The notes beneath the pieces are model-generated. The model searched no databases, had not been told where the DNA came from, and was given only the letters and a program-made list of their open reading frames with translations. From Candidatus Coatesbacteria bacterium (GTDB lineage Bacteria > RBG-13-66-14 > B26-G2 > WVWN01 > G020348885), in assembly GCA_020348885.1 (NCBI GenBank), contig CP070755.1, forward strand, positions 1,630,689 through 1,694,688: 64,000 nucleotides of DNA, given 5' to 3'. A program made the translations under genes and the position numbers. Shown piece after piece: positions 20,784-30,152 of this stretch (the first letter of the stretch is position 1; each line of letters starts with the position of its first letter).

Positions 20784-20921
20784 ATGGACGCGTTCGGCAT
20801 ACTCGACTACCCGGGCTACTGGACCGACATGTTCATACGGGCCATCGTATCGTGCGTTACCGTCGGCCTGCCGGTGGCCCTGGCCATTCTGGTAGCGGCG
20901 CATATTATCAAAAAGAAGTAG
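20784..20921 (+). CDS. Tiny membrane protein (45 aa), paralogue 2 of a tandem pair
   Basis: Unlisted ORF MDAFGILDYPGYWTDMFIRAIVSCVTVGLPVALAILVAAHIIKKK. Shares the S-C-x3-GLPVA-x-AI…II-K(K) core with the preceding ORF. Confidence 0.5.
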   Translation: MDAFGILDYPGYWTDMFIRAIVSCVTVGLPVALAILVAAHIIKKK

Positions 20922-21014
20922 GGCCGTATCTTTGGGCGCGGCCGCTTAGGAAGAAAGCGCGCGGGTAGCAGCATCTTTGTTAGTCGCAGAAAATGCGGAA
21001 CTGGGAAAACGCCG

Positions 21015-21419
21015 GTGAAATGGTCCCTGATTTTCGTATTCTGGCTCGCGATGGCCGTACTCATATCAGCAGACGGGTTCGTCGGTTACTTCGTAGTAAT
21101 GCCCAAGTTCGGCGAATACGTGAACCACGTCTATAAATCGGCAGTAGCGGTGGGGATTACGGCATTGTTCTCGTGGGTATACGCTATTATTTCCAAGGGG
21201 GAAGGTTGGCTGACGTACGCCGTTGCTTGCGGCGTAATCTGGGTAATTATAACCACCTGCTTCGAGTTCGTAGCCGGCCATTACCTTTTTGGAAACCCGT
21301 GGCCCGCTTTGTTTAACGATTACAGGATTTGGGCCGGTCGGCTGTGGGTCCCGGTGCTTTTAACCTCGCTCGCCGGGCCGGCGTTAATGGGACATTTCGT
21401 TAATTTAAAGGGTAAATAA
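21015..21419 (+). CDS. Hypothetical 4-TM membrane protein (GTG start) inside the nuo operon
   Basis: 134 aa, hydrophobic. No recognised family. Confidence 0.5.
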   Translation: MKWSLIFVFWLAMAVLISADGFVGYFVVMPKFGEYVNHVYKSAVAVGITALFSWVYAIISKGEGWLTYAVACGVIWVIITTCFEFVAGHYLFGNPWPALFNDYRIWAGRLWVPVLLTSLAGPALMGHFVNLKGK

Positions 21420-21433
21420 CGGGAGCGTTCGTA

Positions 21434-21895
21434 GTGTTAAGAGGGCTCTGGCGAATAATAGCGGGAACCTGGTGGCTCGTCGTCGGATTGATCGTCGTGT
21501 TCAAGCACCTGTTCTTCCGCCGCGCGATAACCATCCAATTCCCGAAAGAGCGCATGGTGATGTGGCCCCGGTTCCGCGGCCGCGTCGGGATGGTCCCCGG
21601 GGACAACGGCGCGAAGCATAAGTGCACCGGCTGCGGCCAGTGCGTCCGGGCTTGTCCCGCCGCATGCATCTTCCTGGACACTCATAAGGAAGAAGGCGTC
21701 AAAGGTCTTATCGTGGACCGGTACGCCATCGACCTCGGGCTTTGTATCTACTGCGCCCTCTGCGTCGAGATATGCCCCTTCGGCGCCCTACGGACCGTAA
21801 CCGACTACGAGATTTCCGTCTTCGATAAAGGCGAACTAATGTGGGAGATGGACGGACTGCTGGAGCCGCGGCGCGCGCCCAGGTTCAAGCGCTGA
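21434..21895 (+). CDS. nuoI: NADH-quinone oxidoreductase subunit I (2x[4Fe-4S] ferredoxin), with an N-terminal TM extension
   Basis: CTGCGQCVRACP and CIYCALCVEICP cluster motifs. GTG start. Confidence 0.9.
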   Translation: MLRGLWRIIAGTWWLVVGLIVVFKHLFFRRAITIQFPKERMVMWPRFRGRVGMVPGDNGAKHKCTGCGQCVRACPAACIFLDTHKEEGVKGLIVDRYAIDLGLCIYCALCVEICPFGALRTVTDYEISVFDKGELMWEMDGLLEPRRAPRFKR

Positions 21896-21919
21896 GCCGG
21901 CGGCGCCGGGAGGATATGT

Positions 21920-22426
21920 ATGGGTGGATGGATTTATACTATAGCTTTCTACGTTTGCGCGGCGCTCCTGGTCGCGTCAGCGTTAGGCGTGCTTCTGCTG
22001 CGTAACCTGTTCCACGCCGGCCTGAGCCTTATCGCGGCGCTCTTCACGATGGCGGCGCTCTTTATCCTGCTTGGCGCCGAGTTCGTCGCCGGCATCCAGG
22101 TGTTGATATACGTGGGCGCCATCGCCGTGTTGATTCTCTTCGCCGTGATGCTGACTCAACGCATCGCCGAAGAGAAGGTCAAGCGATACACGCGGGCGCT
22201 CTTGCCCGGGTTGGCCGTCGCGCTGGCGCTCGTGATCGTAATGATACTGGTTACGACAGGACTCACCGGATATGGGTTCACCCCGTTCGCGACCGAGGAC
22301 ACGGTCGGCGACATCGGCAAAGCCCTGCTCTCGACCTACGTCCTTCCCCTCGAGGTGATTTCGCTCCTATTGCTGGGGGCGTTGGTGGGCGCCATCGTCC
22401 TTGCCCGCAAAGAGGAGGAAAAATGA
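21920..22426 (+). CDS. nuoJ: NADH-quinone oxidoreductase subunit J
   Basis: NuoJ/ND6-like TM protein, 168 aa. Confidence 0.85.
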   Translation: MGGWIYTIAFYVCAALLVASALGVLLLRNLFHAGLSLIAALFTMAALFILLGAEFVAGIQVLIYVGAIAVLILFAVMLTQRIAEEKVKRYTRALLPGLAVALALVIVMILVTTGLTGYGFTPFATEDTVGDIGKALLSTYVLPLEVISLLLLGALVGAIVLARKEEEK

Positions 22427-22734
22427 CGATCACGCCCGCGCACTTCATCGGCCTGGCGTTTATTATATTCGCGATCGGGTTCCTGGTCGTCGTCGTCCGC
22501 AAGAACGCGATCGCGATATTGATGGGCGTGGAGCTGATGCTCAACGCCGTGAACCTGATATTGTTGGCGTTTAACCGGATCCACGGCACGATGGAGCTGG
22601 ACGGCCAGGTCTTCGCGATCTTCGTCATCGCCGTCGCGGCGGCCGAGGCGGTCGTCGGTCTGGCGCTGATACTCGCGGTCTACCGCAGCCTGGGGACCGT
22701 CAGCATAGATGATTTAAGCGCGTTGAAAGGGTAG
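22423..22734 (+). CDS. nuoK: NADH-quinone oxidoreductase subunit K
   Basis: 103 aa; GVELMLNAVNLILLAF motif. Its start overlaps the nuoJ stop. Confidence 0.9.
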   Translation: MTITPAHFIGLAFIIFAIGFLVVVVRKNAIAILMGVELMLNAVNLILLAFNRIHGTMELDGQVFAIFVIAVAAAEAVVGLALILAVYRSLGTVSIDDLSALKG

Positions 22735-22736
22735 TT

Positions 22737-23210
22737 ATGAAACCGTTCGCAATAACGCTCTTTTTGATCGGCATCTCGGCGGCAACAGCGGCCAACGAAG
22801 CGGGTTGGGACGTGGAACGCTGGGGCGTTCACTTTACGATACTATTCAACGATGAGCACGACGAATACGATAATTGCTCGGTCTGGCGCGGCAATGACGT
22901 TGAGTACTATCTGATGAAATTCGATACGCCCGACCCGGAGTTCGCCCGCGAGGTCCATATGAAGTCGGCGTCGCTAGCAGAAGACGCGATACTTTCCGAA
23001 AGGGAAGTGGACGAGGAAACGGAACGTTCGGGTTTCGTCGCCGGTTTAGAGACGGAATACGCGTACGATGACGGGGAGTATAGAGAGACGGCACGTTACC
23101 TGAGCGACGGAGAAACGTGCTTCGCCCTGATATTCTCATGCCCGGTCGACGGTTGGGACGACAACGAGTTCTACCGCGACGACTTCTTTACGTCGGTGAG
23201 TAAGTACTAG
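22737..23210 (+). CDS. Secreted hypothetical protein (signal peptide), first of three tandem operon-embedded secreted proteins
   Basis: Start 2 nt after the nuoK stop. Signal peptide MKPFAITLFLIGISAATAAN. Acidic body. Confidence 0.55.
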   Translation: MKPFAITLFLIGISAATAANEAGWDVERWGVHFTILFNDEHDEYDNCSVWRGNDVEYYLMKFDTPDPEFAREVHMKSASLAEDAILSEREVDEETERSGFVAGLETEYAYDDGEYRETARYLSDGETCFALIFSCPVDGWDDNEFYRDDFFTSVSKY

Positions 23211-23738
23211 GTGATGAAGGTAATTACGACGTTCTTCCTCCTGACAGCGACAGCAGCGACGGCGGGGCTCGCGGGAGTTGATTTCGTACGTTACGACGAC
23301 GCCGCCGGCGCGTTCTCTATATCGCTACCGTCAGGTTATACGTTATCCAAAAGCGGCGCTTACCCTCGGTACTTCAGCTGGGCCGACGATAATATAGGAC
23401 TAACGTTCGTCTCGGTGAACTGGGCCGACGGCGCACCGCTAACGGCCGACGAGGTTAAGGAAGCATACGAGAGTTATTTAGGAGTCGAGTCCGACCTAAA
23501 CTCGCGGGAGACGATTGTACCCGACGACCTGCTTCCCGTGTACGGCGCCGACGACGGACTCCGGGGACGTTACTACATCACGGACGGCGCCGAAGAAACG
23601 TGCTACCGGGTTTCTTTCTTGGACCGGCGTGACCGGGTTTACACGTTTATAATCGCCGTACCGGCGGCGACAGAAGAAGAAACGTTGGACGTCATCGAAA
23701 CCGTACAGAACTCGGTAATCTTACTAGAGGGAGACTGA
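23211..23738 (+). CDS. Secreted hypothetical protein, second of the triplet
   Basis: Signal peptide. Weak similarity to the next ORF (VRYDDAAGAFSISLPSGYTL versus VTVSDDAGFTVELPEGFEI). Start abuts the previous stop. Confidence 0.55.
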   Translation: MMKVITTFFLLTATAATAGLAGVDFVRYDDAAGAFSISLPSGYTLSKSGAYPRYFSWADDNIGLTFVSVNWADGAPLTADEVKEAYESYLGVESDLNSRETIVPDDLLPVYGADDGLRGRYYITDGAEETCYRVSFLDRRDRVYTFIIAVPAATEEETLDVIETVQNSVILLEGD

Positions 23739-23740
23739 CC

Positions 23741-24289
23741 GTGAGAACGATATTCTTTTTAACCGCACTGGGGCTGGCCGCTTTCGCGCCCGCCGCCGCG
23801 ATTTCATACGTAACCGTTTCCGACGACGCCGGTTTTACGGTAGAATTACCCGAAGGCTTCGAAATCGCTTCCGAAGTAGCCGAAGACCCCGTAATCCGGG
23901 AATTAACCGAAGGTAAACCGTCGGTCGTTTCCACGTACGTATGGGAAGGCTCCGAGCTCGAAGGTATGGGCTTCGCCGTCGTACGTATCGGCGGCGGCGG
24001 GGTAGCGCCTGATAAAATGGAATCCTTCGTTCACGAGCGCCTTAACGCCGAAATGATGCCCTATAAGGTAACCGACCTGGGACTCACCCACGCCAGGATA
24101 ACCGAAATAGGGGCCGACTCGGGTAACAGCGTCCAGTACACGGCCGAGATCGAAGAAATGGTTTTGAAGGTGAACGTATACTACTTGCAGAAAGGTAACG
24201 CCAGCTATTTGGTTATTATCGGCTGGCCTTTAGACGCCGGGTTCGCCGGCGCCGGTCAGCACATAGAAAAAACGTTCAAGTTGGAGTGA
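23741..24289 (+). CDS. Secreted hypothetical protein, third of the triplet
   Basis: GTG start 2 nt after the previous stop. Signal peptide MRTIFFLTALGLAAFAPAAA. Confidence 0.55.
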   Translation: MRTIFFLTALGLAAFAPAAAISYVTVSDDAGFTVELPEGFEIASEVAEDPVIRELTEGKPSVVSTYVWEGSELEGMGFAVVRIGGGGVAPDKMESFVHERLNAEMMPYKVTDLGLTHARITEIGADSGNSVQYTAEIEEMVLKVNVYYLQKGNASYLVIIGWPLDAGFAGAGQHIEKTFKLE

Positions 24290-24335
24290 TATTTCTCCGG
24301 TCATCTAACCGGTTTAATACGGAGACTTCGACGAT

Positions 24336-26273
24336 ATGTCTATAATCCCGATTCTCGCCGTAATAGTCCAATTCGCGCCGCTGGTGGGTTTCGCCGTCGC
24401 CCTCTTCTGGGGCAAACGGATGGGCGAGCCGCGAGCCAGCTTTGTTCCCGTCGCGATGATGGGCGTAAGCGCCCTCGCGAGCATCCCGTTATTGGCCGGC
24501 GTCCTGTCCGGCCACGGCGGGCTCTTTACCGTCGAGTGGATAAACTCCGGTGCGATAAGTATAAACATCGGCTATATGCTGGACAACTACAGCGCCGTAA
24601 TGACGGCAACCGTCGCGATCGTCGCGTTCCTCATCCATCTCTACTCGATAGGCTACATGCATGGTGACCCGAGGTTCGGCCGGTTCTTCGCGTACCTGAA
24701 CCTCTTCGCGTTCTCGATGCTGGGGCTGGTGACGGCTTCGAACTTTATGCAACTCTTTATCTTCTGGGAGTTGGTCGGCCTCTGCTCGTACCTTCTTATC
24801 GGCTTCTGGTACGAGAAGAAATCGGCGTCCGACGCCGGCATCAAAGCCTTCATCACCACGCGAACCGGCGACGTCGGGTTTATGCTCGGGATATTCCTCC
24901 TCTTCGCTCTGACCGGCTCGATGGACTACGACAAGATATTCCACGCCGTCGAGGGTGGCGCCATCGGCCCGACGTTGATTACGGCGGCGGCGCTCCTCCT
25001 CTTCTGCGGCGCGATAGGGAAATCGGCCCAGATACCGCTGCAGGTGTGGCTCCCGGACGCGATGGAAGGCCCGACTCCCGTCAGCGCCCTCATCCACGCC
25101 GCGACTATGGTCTGCGCCGGCGTGTATATGATCGCACGGGTATTCCCCATCTTCGAAGCGGCGCCTACGGCGCTCTTCGTCGTCGCCATCGTCGGCGGGA
25201 CCACAGCGCTCCTCGCCGCGACCATAGCGTTGGTACAGATTGACATCAAGCGGGTGCTGGCGTACTCGACGGTCAGCCAACTTGGGTATATGATACTGGC
25301 CCTTGGGGTCGGCAACCCGGTGGCGGCCTTTTTCCACCTGGTTACCCACGCGTTCTTCAAGTCGCTCCTATTTCTCGGGTCCGGCTCGATGATACACGGG
25401 ACAGGCACCCAAGACATCCGGGAGATGGGCGGTCTGGCACCCAAGATGAAGACGACGACGTGGACGTTCGTTGTCGGGGCGCTGGCGCTGGCAGGCGTAC
25501 CGCCTTTGGCCGGTTTCTTCTCCAAGGACGAAATCTTGGGCTCCGTCAGCGACTACGGCCACTGGTGGCTAATAGTCTGCGGCTTTCTGACGGCTCTCTT
25601 GACGGCCTTCTACATGTTTCGGGCTATATATATCTCCTACGCCGGGAAACCGCGGACGGCGGGCGCCGAGCACGCACACGAGTCACCGCCGGTTATGACG
25701 ATACCGCTGATCGTCCTCGCCGTATTCTCGGTCACGGCCGGGTGGATATTCTTCGTCCCCGGCGGCTTCGGCGCGTTCTCGGGCTTGAGCGTTTTCCTTC
25801 ACCACGAGCACGGGATTAACGTGGGGGCGATGGGCGCGTCGGTAATTCTGGCCCTCTCAGGTATCTTCATCGCGACGATAATCTACCTCTGGAAGTGGGT
25901 GGACAACGAGCAGCTCTACAAGATATTTCGGCCCGTCGCTTTCGTGCTCGAACGCAAGTACTTCTTTGACGACGTTTACCACGGTTTGCTCGTCCCCGGG
26001 TTCGTCCTCTTCAGCCGCTTCTGGGGCGCGTTCGACCTGTGGGTAATAGACGGCATCGTCAATCTGTCGGCTTTCATGACGGTCCTGGTCAGCCGCTTCG
26101 AAGGTTGGTTCGACCTGGCAATAGTGGACGGGGTTGTTAACCTACTCGGCTGGATTACCAGAACGTTCGGCGCCGGGTTCCGTAAACTTCAGACTGGGTA
26201 CGTACAGGAGTACATAATCATCCTGGGCGTCGGCGCCGTCGCCGTGATACTGGCGGCACTTGCGATATTGTAA
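24336..26273 (+). CDS. nuoL: NADH-quinone oxidoreductase subunit L
   Basis: 645 aa with antiporter-like subunit motifs (…WLPDAMEGPTPVSALIHAATMV…). Confidence 0.92.
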   Translation: MSIIPILAVIVQFAPLVGFAVALFWGKRMGEPRASFVPVAMMGVSALASIPLLAGVLSGHGGLFTVEWINSGAISINIGYMLDNYSAVMTATVAIVAFLIHLYSIGYMHGDPRFGRFFAYLNLFAFSMLGLVTASNFMQLFIFWELVGLCSYLLIGFWYEKKSASDAGIKAFITTRTGDVGFMLGIFLLFALTGSMDYDKIFHAVEGGAIGPTLITAAALLLFCGAIGKSAQIPLQVWLPDAMEGPTPVSALIHAATMVCAGVYMIARVFPIFEAAPTALFVVAIVGGTTALLAATIALVQIDIKRVLAYSTVSQLGYMILALGVGNPVAAFFHLVTHAFFKSLLFLGSGSMIHGTGTQDIREMGGLAPKMKTTTWTFVVGALALAGVPPLAGFFSKDEILGSVSDYGHWWLIVCGFLTALLTAFYMFRAIYISYAGKPRTAGAEHAHESPPVMTIPLIVLAVFSVTAGWIFFVPGGFGAFSGLSVFLHHEHGINVGAMGASVILALSGIFIATIIYLWKWVDNEQLYKIFRPVAFVLERKYFFDDVYHGLLVPGFVLFSRFWGAFDLWVIDGIVNLSAFMTVLVSRFEGWFDLAIVDGVVNLLGWITRTFGAGFRKLQTGYVQEYIIILGVGAVAVILAALAIL

Positions 26274-26304
26274 GTAAAGCCGTTAAAATAGGAGGTTGGT
26301 TACA

Positions 26305-27906
26305 ATGAAAACGCGATTAGTTTTAATCTTTTCGATAGCTTTATTAGCGCTTTCCGGCGTTTTCATAGGTTGTGACAACAACGTTACGGGGCCTGACGAC
26401 GGCGATGGGGATGGTAACGGCGACGGGGACGAAGAAAAACCGGAATTATCGAACCCGAATCCACCAGACGGCGCAACGGGCGTAGATTTCCTTTTGGATT
26501 CCGTAAGTTGGGAATGTACGAACCCCACCGGTGCCAACCTTACGTTCGACGTCTACTTCGGCGAATCGGGTTCGCCCCTAGACTTAATAGCTAACGATAT
26601 ACCTGATACAAAATGCCCAATAGGACCGCTAGAAGAGAAAACCGGTTATCAATGGCAAGTTACCGTAGATTACGGAGAAGGTCTAACCGAATGGGGTCCC
26701 GAATGGGAGTTCGAAACAGCAGAGTCACCTGGTTGGCATATAGAAATAGTCGATTATATCGGTGAGTTTTATCCTTTCTACGACATTTCACTTACTATAG
26801 ATAGCGGAGATAATCTGTATATGAGTTATTATTCTATGGGAGACCATGGTTTAAAATACGCATACACGAGTGGGCGAGGTTGGACGACCGAAATCGTCGA
26901 TACGGATGGTTATATGCCCGGTCAAGGTTCTTCTATTGAACTAGATATTAACGGCGACCCGCATATAAGCTATGTAACCGCCCTGGATCTATCCGGACAA
27001 GAAATCAGGTGCGCCCGTAAAACGGGGCTAACGTGGTCAATTGATAATATCGCAAGCGGCTATTTATGGGGTACTTCCCTCGTTTTAGACGGTTCGTCTA
27101 ACGAACATATTACATATTACGAAGAGGGAGGTGGGAATCCTAGAATATTTTACACTTACAAAAGCGGTTCCGGGTGGATTAGAAAAGAGGTATATGCAGG
27201 TATCTCCCACAACTCGCGTAAATCGATAGGGTTTAATAAGGACGGTAAACCCGTTATTTGTTTCAACCCCTTTAATGACATAGACTACGACTTAAGGTTT
27301 GCTACTTGGAACGGTTCAAGTTGGGATATCGAAGTGATAGATAGCGGTACTTATCATATATCCTGGCAAGCCGAGATGGTCATCGACGCCCAAAAGAACC
27401 CTCATATCGTATATAACGACGGTTTAAGTTATCCCGAACATCTGATGAAGTACGCGCGTAGAAATGGGTCTTCGTGGATAATAGAAAATATAGAAGTAGA
27501 TAGGTGGGAAGCTAGGCCTTGGGTTTGCGATTTATACCTCGATGGTACTGGCAAACCACATATAACCTATACAACCCGCGAATACGTTTCAGGTAATTAC
27601 CGATACGAATTAAAATACGGTTATTTCGACGGCACGTCTTGGTCCAATGAACTAGTCGAAGAAGCGGAAGTAGGTTCGAATAGATTAGTATTGGACGCTC
27701 AAGGATACCCCCATATCTTATATTTCGATGAAAACACTTATGAGTTGAAACACGCTTATTACATACCGGAAAGCCGTTTTGATACGTCGGCGCTGCGAAT
27801 AAAAGCCGTACCTCATACGAAACAAAAAGACGATAAAACGAAAGCGAAATTAAAAGAAGGGGAACGGAAGAAAGGTAAAGATTTAGCGTCGGGTATCGTC
27901 GAATAA
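26305..27906 (+). CDS. Lipoprotein with an N-terminal FN3-like domain and a ~9-10-unit tandem-repeat (beta-propeller-like) region, inserted between nuoL and nuoM
   Basis: Lipobox LSGVFIGC, GGAGG RBS. Repeats of ~45 aa share the pattern [DN]G.PHI.Y…LKYA…G.SW..E.V. Confidence 0.6.
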   Translation: MKTRLVLIFSIALLALSGVFIGCDNNVTGPDDGDGDGNGDGDEEKPELSNPNPPDGATGVDFLLDSVSWECTNPTGANLTFDVYFGESGSPLDLIANDIPDTKCPIGPLEEKTGYQWQVTVDYGEGLTEWGPEWEFETAESPGWHIEIVDYIGEFYPFYDISLTIDSGDNLYMSYYSMGDHGLKYAYTSGRGWTTEIVDTDGYMPGQGSSIELDINGDPHISYVTALDLSGQEIRCARKTGLTWSIDNIASGYLWGTSLVLDGSSNEHITYYEEGGGNPRIFYTYKSGSGWIRKEVYAGISHNSRKSIGFNKDGKPVICFNPFNDIDYDLRFATWNGSSWDIEVIDSGTYHISWQAEMVIDAQKNPHIVYNDGLSYPEHLMKYARRNGSSWIIENIEVDRWEARPWVCDLYLDGTGKPHITYTTREYVSGNYRYELKYGYFDGTSWSNELVEEAEVGSNRLVLDAQGYPHILYFDENTYELKHAYYIPESRFDTSALRIKAVPHTKQKDDKTKAKLKEGERKKGKDLASGIVE

Positions 27907-27980
27907 ACGTATTACCGCCGGAGGGTCACCCGGGCAGCGTTAACGTTAGTTTTAACCTGACGGACGATCAGTATCAATAC

Positions 27981-28577
27981 ATGAAAGAAGCCTCATATAT
28001 CATCGTTATCTCGGCGGTTTGTTGGGCCTTATCGGCGACAGCTTATACCAACGACGCCGTCATCTCGCCGAACCCGGCGGCCCGGGCCTACTTCTGGGAG
28101 GGCATCGACGCGCTGGCCGATGGCGACGAGATTGGCGCGAAAGACCGGTTCGAGCTTGCAGTCGGCGCAGACGAAAAATGTGTACTCGCGTACGCGCTCC
28201 TCAGCCAACTCGCGTACGCCGCGGGCGACGAAGAGCTGTCCCGCGAGTACTACGACAGGATGTCGGAAGAACCGCCGGAGCTGGAGGTACTATACGCGTG
28301 GGCCGTCGAACCGACGGCGGAAGGCGATTGGGACGAGGCGGCGGCCCGGGCCCGCGAATTCGTCGAACAGTACCCGCAGACTCTCCGGGCTATCGCGATA
28401 CTCCATCTTCTCGGCCGCGCCCAGTACTACATGGGCGAGCGAGACGAAGCCTGGGAGACCCTCAACTATGCCTTTATGATGAGCGACCTGGTACCCGGAA
28501 CGGTACCGGCCTACGAAAACGAAGACGAGTACGAAACCATATCGGCGTTCGTTTCGGGCGATTCGAACGTCGAATAA
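27981..28577 (+). CDS. Secreted alpha-helical (TPR-like) hypothetical protein
   Basis: Signal peptide. Acidic, helical repeats (…LAYAAGDEELSREYYDRM…). Confidence 0.45.
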   Translation: MKEASYIIVISAVCWALSATAYTNDAVISPNPAARAYFWEGIDALADGDEIGAKDRFELAVGADEKCVLAYALLSQLAYAAGDEELSREYYDRMSEEPPELEVLYAWAVEPTAEGDWDEAAARAREFVEQYPQTLRAIAILHLLGRAQYYMGERDEAWETLNYAFMMSDLVPGTVPAYENEDEYETISAFVSGDSNVE

Positions 28578-28635
28578 CCGATACAGACTTCGATTATAAA
28601 GATTTGGGGACGTAACCCCTCTAGGAGGAACATCG

Positions 28636-30114
28636 ATGGACTTCCCGATTCTCACCGTAACGACATTCGCGCCCATAGTCGGGATGATTATAATCCTATT
28701 AATGCCCCGCAAACTCGAGAACCTGATAAGGGGAACCGGGGTCTTCTTCTGCGGCGTCTCGCTCGTATTATCATTGGCGATGCTCTTCATCTATAAGGCG
28801 GACATGGCCGGTATAATGCAGATGGAAGAGCAGTACCGGTGGATTCCCACCATCGCCGTCAGCTACCACGTGGGCGTCGACGGGCTGTCGTTCCCGCTCT
28901 ACATTCTAACGACGGTCCTCTCGTTCCTCGCGGCGATAGCCTCGTTCTCGGTCAAGGAGCGGGTCAAGGAATACTACGCCCTCTACCTCCTCCTGGTAAC
29001 GGGGATGTTGGGCGTCTTTATCGCCCTCGACCTCTTCCTCTTCTACGTCTTCTGGGAAGTTATGCTGGTACCGATGTACTTCCTCATCGGCATCTGGGGG
29101 GGAGAACGACGCGAATACGCGGCCATCAAGTTCTTCCTCTACACCCTTCTGGGCAGCGTAGTAATGCTCCTTGGGATTCTCGCACTTTTCTTCACGTCGA
29201 CGCCCCACACCTTCGATATGATGGCCCTGATGGCCCAGAACGGAAACTTCGTCCACGGGTTCCAGATAATCGTGTTCATGGCTTTCTTCATCGGATTCGC
29301 GATAAAGGTACCCGTCTTCCCGTTCCACACGTGGCTTCCCGACGCCCACGTGGAAGCGCCGACGGCTATCTCGGTCCTCCTCGCCGGGATACTCCTTAAA
29401 ATGGGCGCTTACGGGCTCCTACGGGTAAGTTACCCTATACTGCCCGAAGGGGCCGTCTGGTTCGCCGTGCCGCTTGCGGTCTTGGGGATAATAAACATAG
29501 TTTACGGGGCGCTCGTCGCGATGGCCCAGAAGGACCTCAAGAAGCTCATCGCGTACTCGTCGGTGAGCCACATGGGGTTCGTACTCCTCGGAGCGGCGGC
29601 GATGACGGCCACGGGTTTCAACGGCGCGATGATGCAGATGCTCGCCCACGGGATAATCACCGGCGGGCTCTTCCTCATGGTGGGCGTCCTCTACGACAGG
29701 ACCCACGACCGTATGATCGAGCACTACGGCGGGCTGGCCAACAAGGTCCCGATATTCGTCGGCGTCTTCTCGGTCACGATGTTCGCGTCGCTGGGTCTGC
29801 CGGGTATGGCCGGGTTCGTGGGCGAGTTCCTCAGTTTCGCCGGGACGTTCCCGGTATACAAATGGGCCGTAATCGCGGCGGCGCCGGGCGTGGTCATAAC
29901 TGCGGGTTACTTCCTCTGGACTATCCAACGAATGTTCCTGGGCGAGTTCAATACCCAGTGGGAAGGGCTTACGGATATGAGCGCCCGCGAGCTCGTAACG
30001 ATGGTCCCCCTAATCGTATTGATGATCACGTTCGGCGTATGGCCGCGGCTGTTAATCGACCTGATGAACCCGGCTATGGCTAAACTGGCCGAGTTCATGG
30101 CCACGTTCCGTTAA
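28636..30114 (+). CDS. nuoM: NADH-quinone oxidoreductase subunit M
   Basis: 492 aa with an NuoM/ND4 motif (…FHTWLPDAHVEAPTAISVLLAGILLKMGAYG…). Confidence 0.92.
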   Translation: MDFPILTVTTFAPIVGMIIILLMPRKLENLIRGTGVFFCGVSLVLSLAMLFIYKADMAGIMQMEEQYRWIPTIAVSYHVGVDGLSFPLYILTTVLSFLAAIASFSVKERVKEYYALYLLLVTGMLGVFIALDLFLFYVFWEVMLVPMYFLIGIWGGERREYAAIKFFLYTLLGSVVMLLGILALFFTSTPHTFDMMALMAQNGNFVHGFQIIVFMAFFIGFAIKVPVFPFHTWLPDAHVEAPTAISVLLAGILLKMGAYGLLRVSYPILPEGAVWFAVPLAVLGIINIVYGALVAMAQKDLKKLIAYSSVSHMGFVLLGAAAMTATGFNGAMMQMLAHGIITGGLFLMVGVLYDRTHDRMIEHYGGLANKVPIFVGVFSVTMFASLGLPGMAGFVGEFLSFAGTFPVYKWAVIAAAPGVVITAGYFLWTIQRMFLGEFNTQWEGLTDMSARELVTMVPLIVLMITFGVWPRLLIDLMNPAMAKLAEFMATFR

Positions 30115-30152
30115 CGGTTTCGGACATCAACCCTTACTAAGGGGAACGTTAT

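Noticed and set aside
24489-25525. 286-aa and 199-aa ORFs antisense to nuoL
   Set aside because: They are fully embedded opposite a strongly conserved nuoL reading frame, and their composition is non-protein-like (R/E/D-rich).
28019-28615. 198-aa Arg-rich ORF overlapping the TPR-like secreted gene in another frame
   Set aside because: Arg/Gly/Pro low-complexity, same-strand frame overlap, and the signal-peptide-bearing frame is more plausible.
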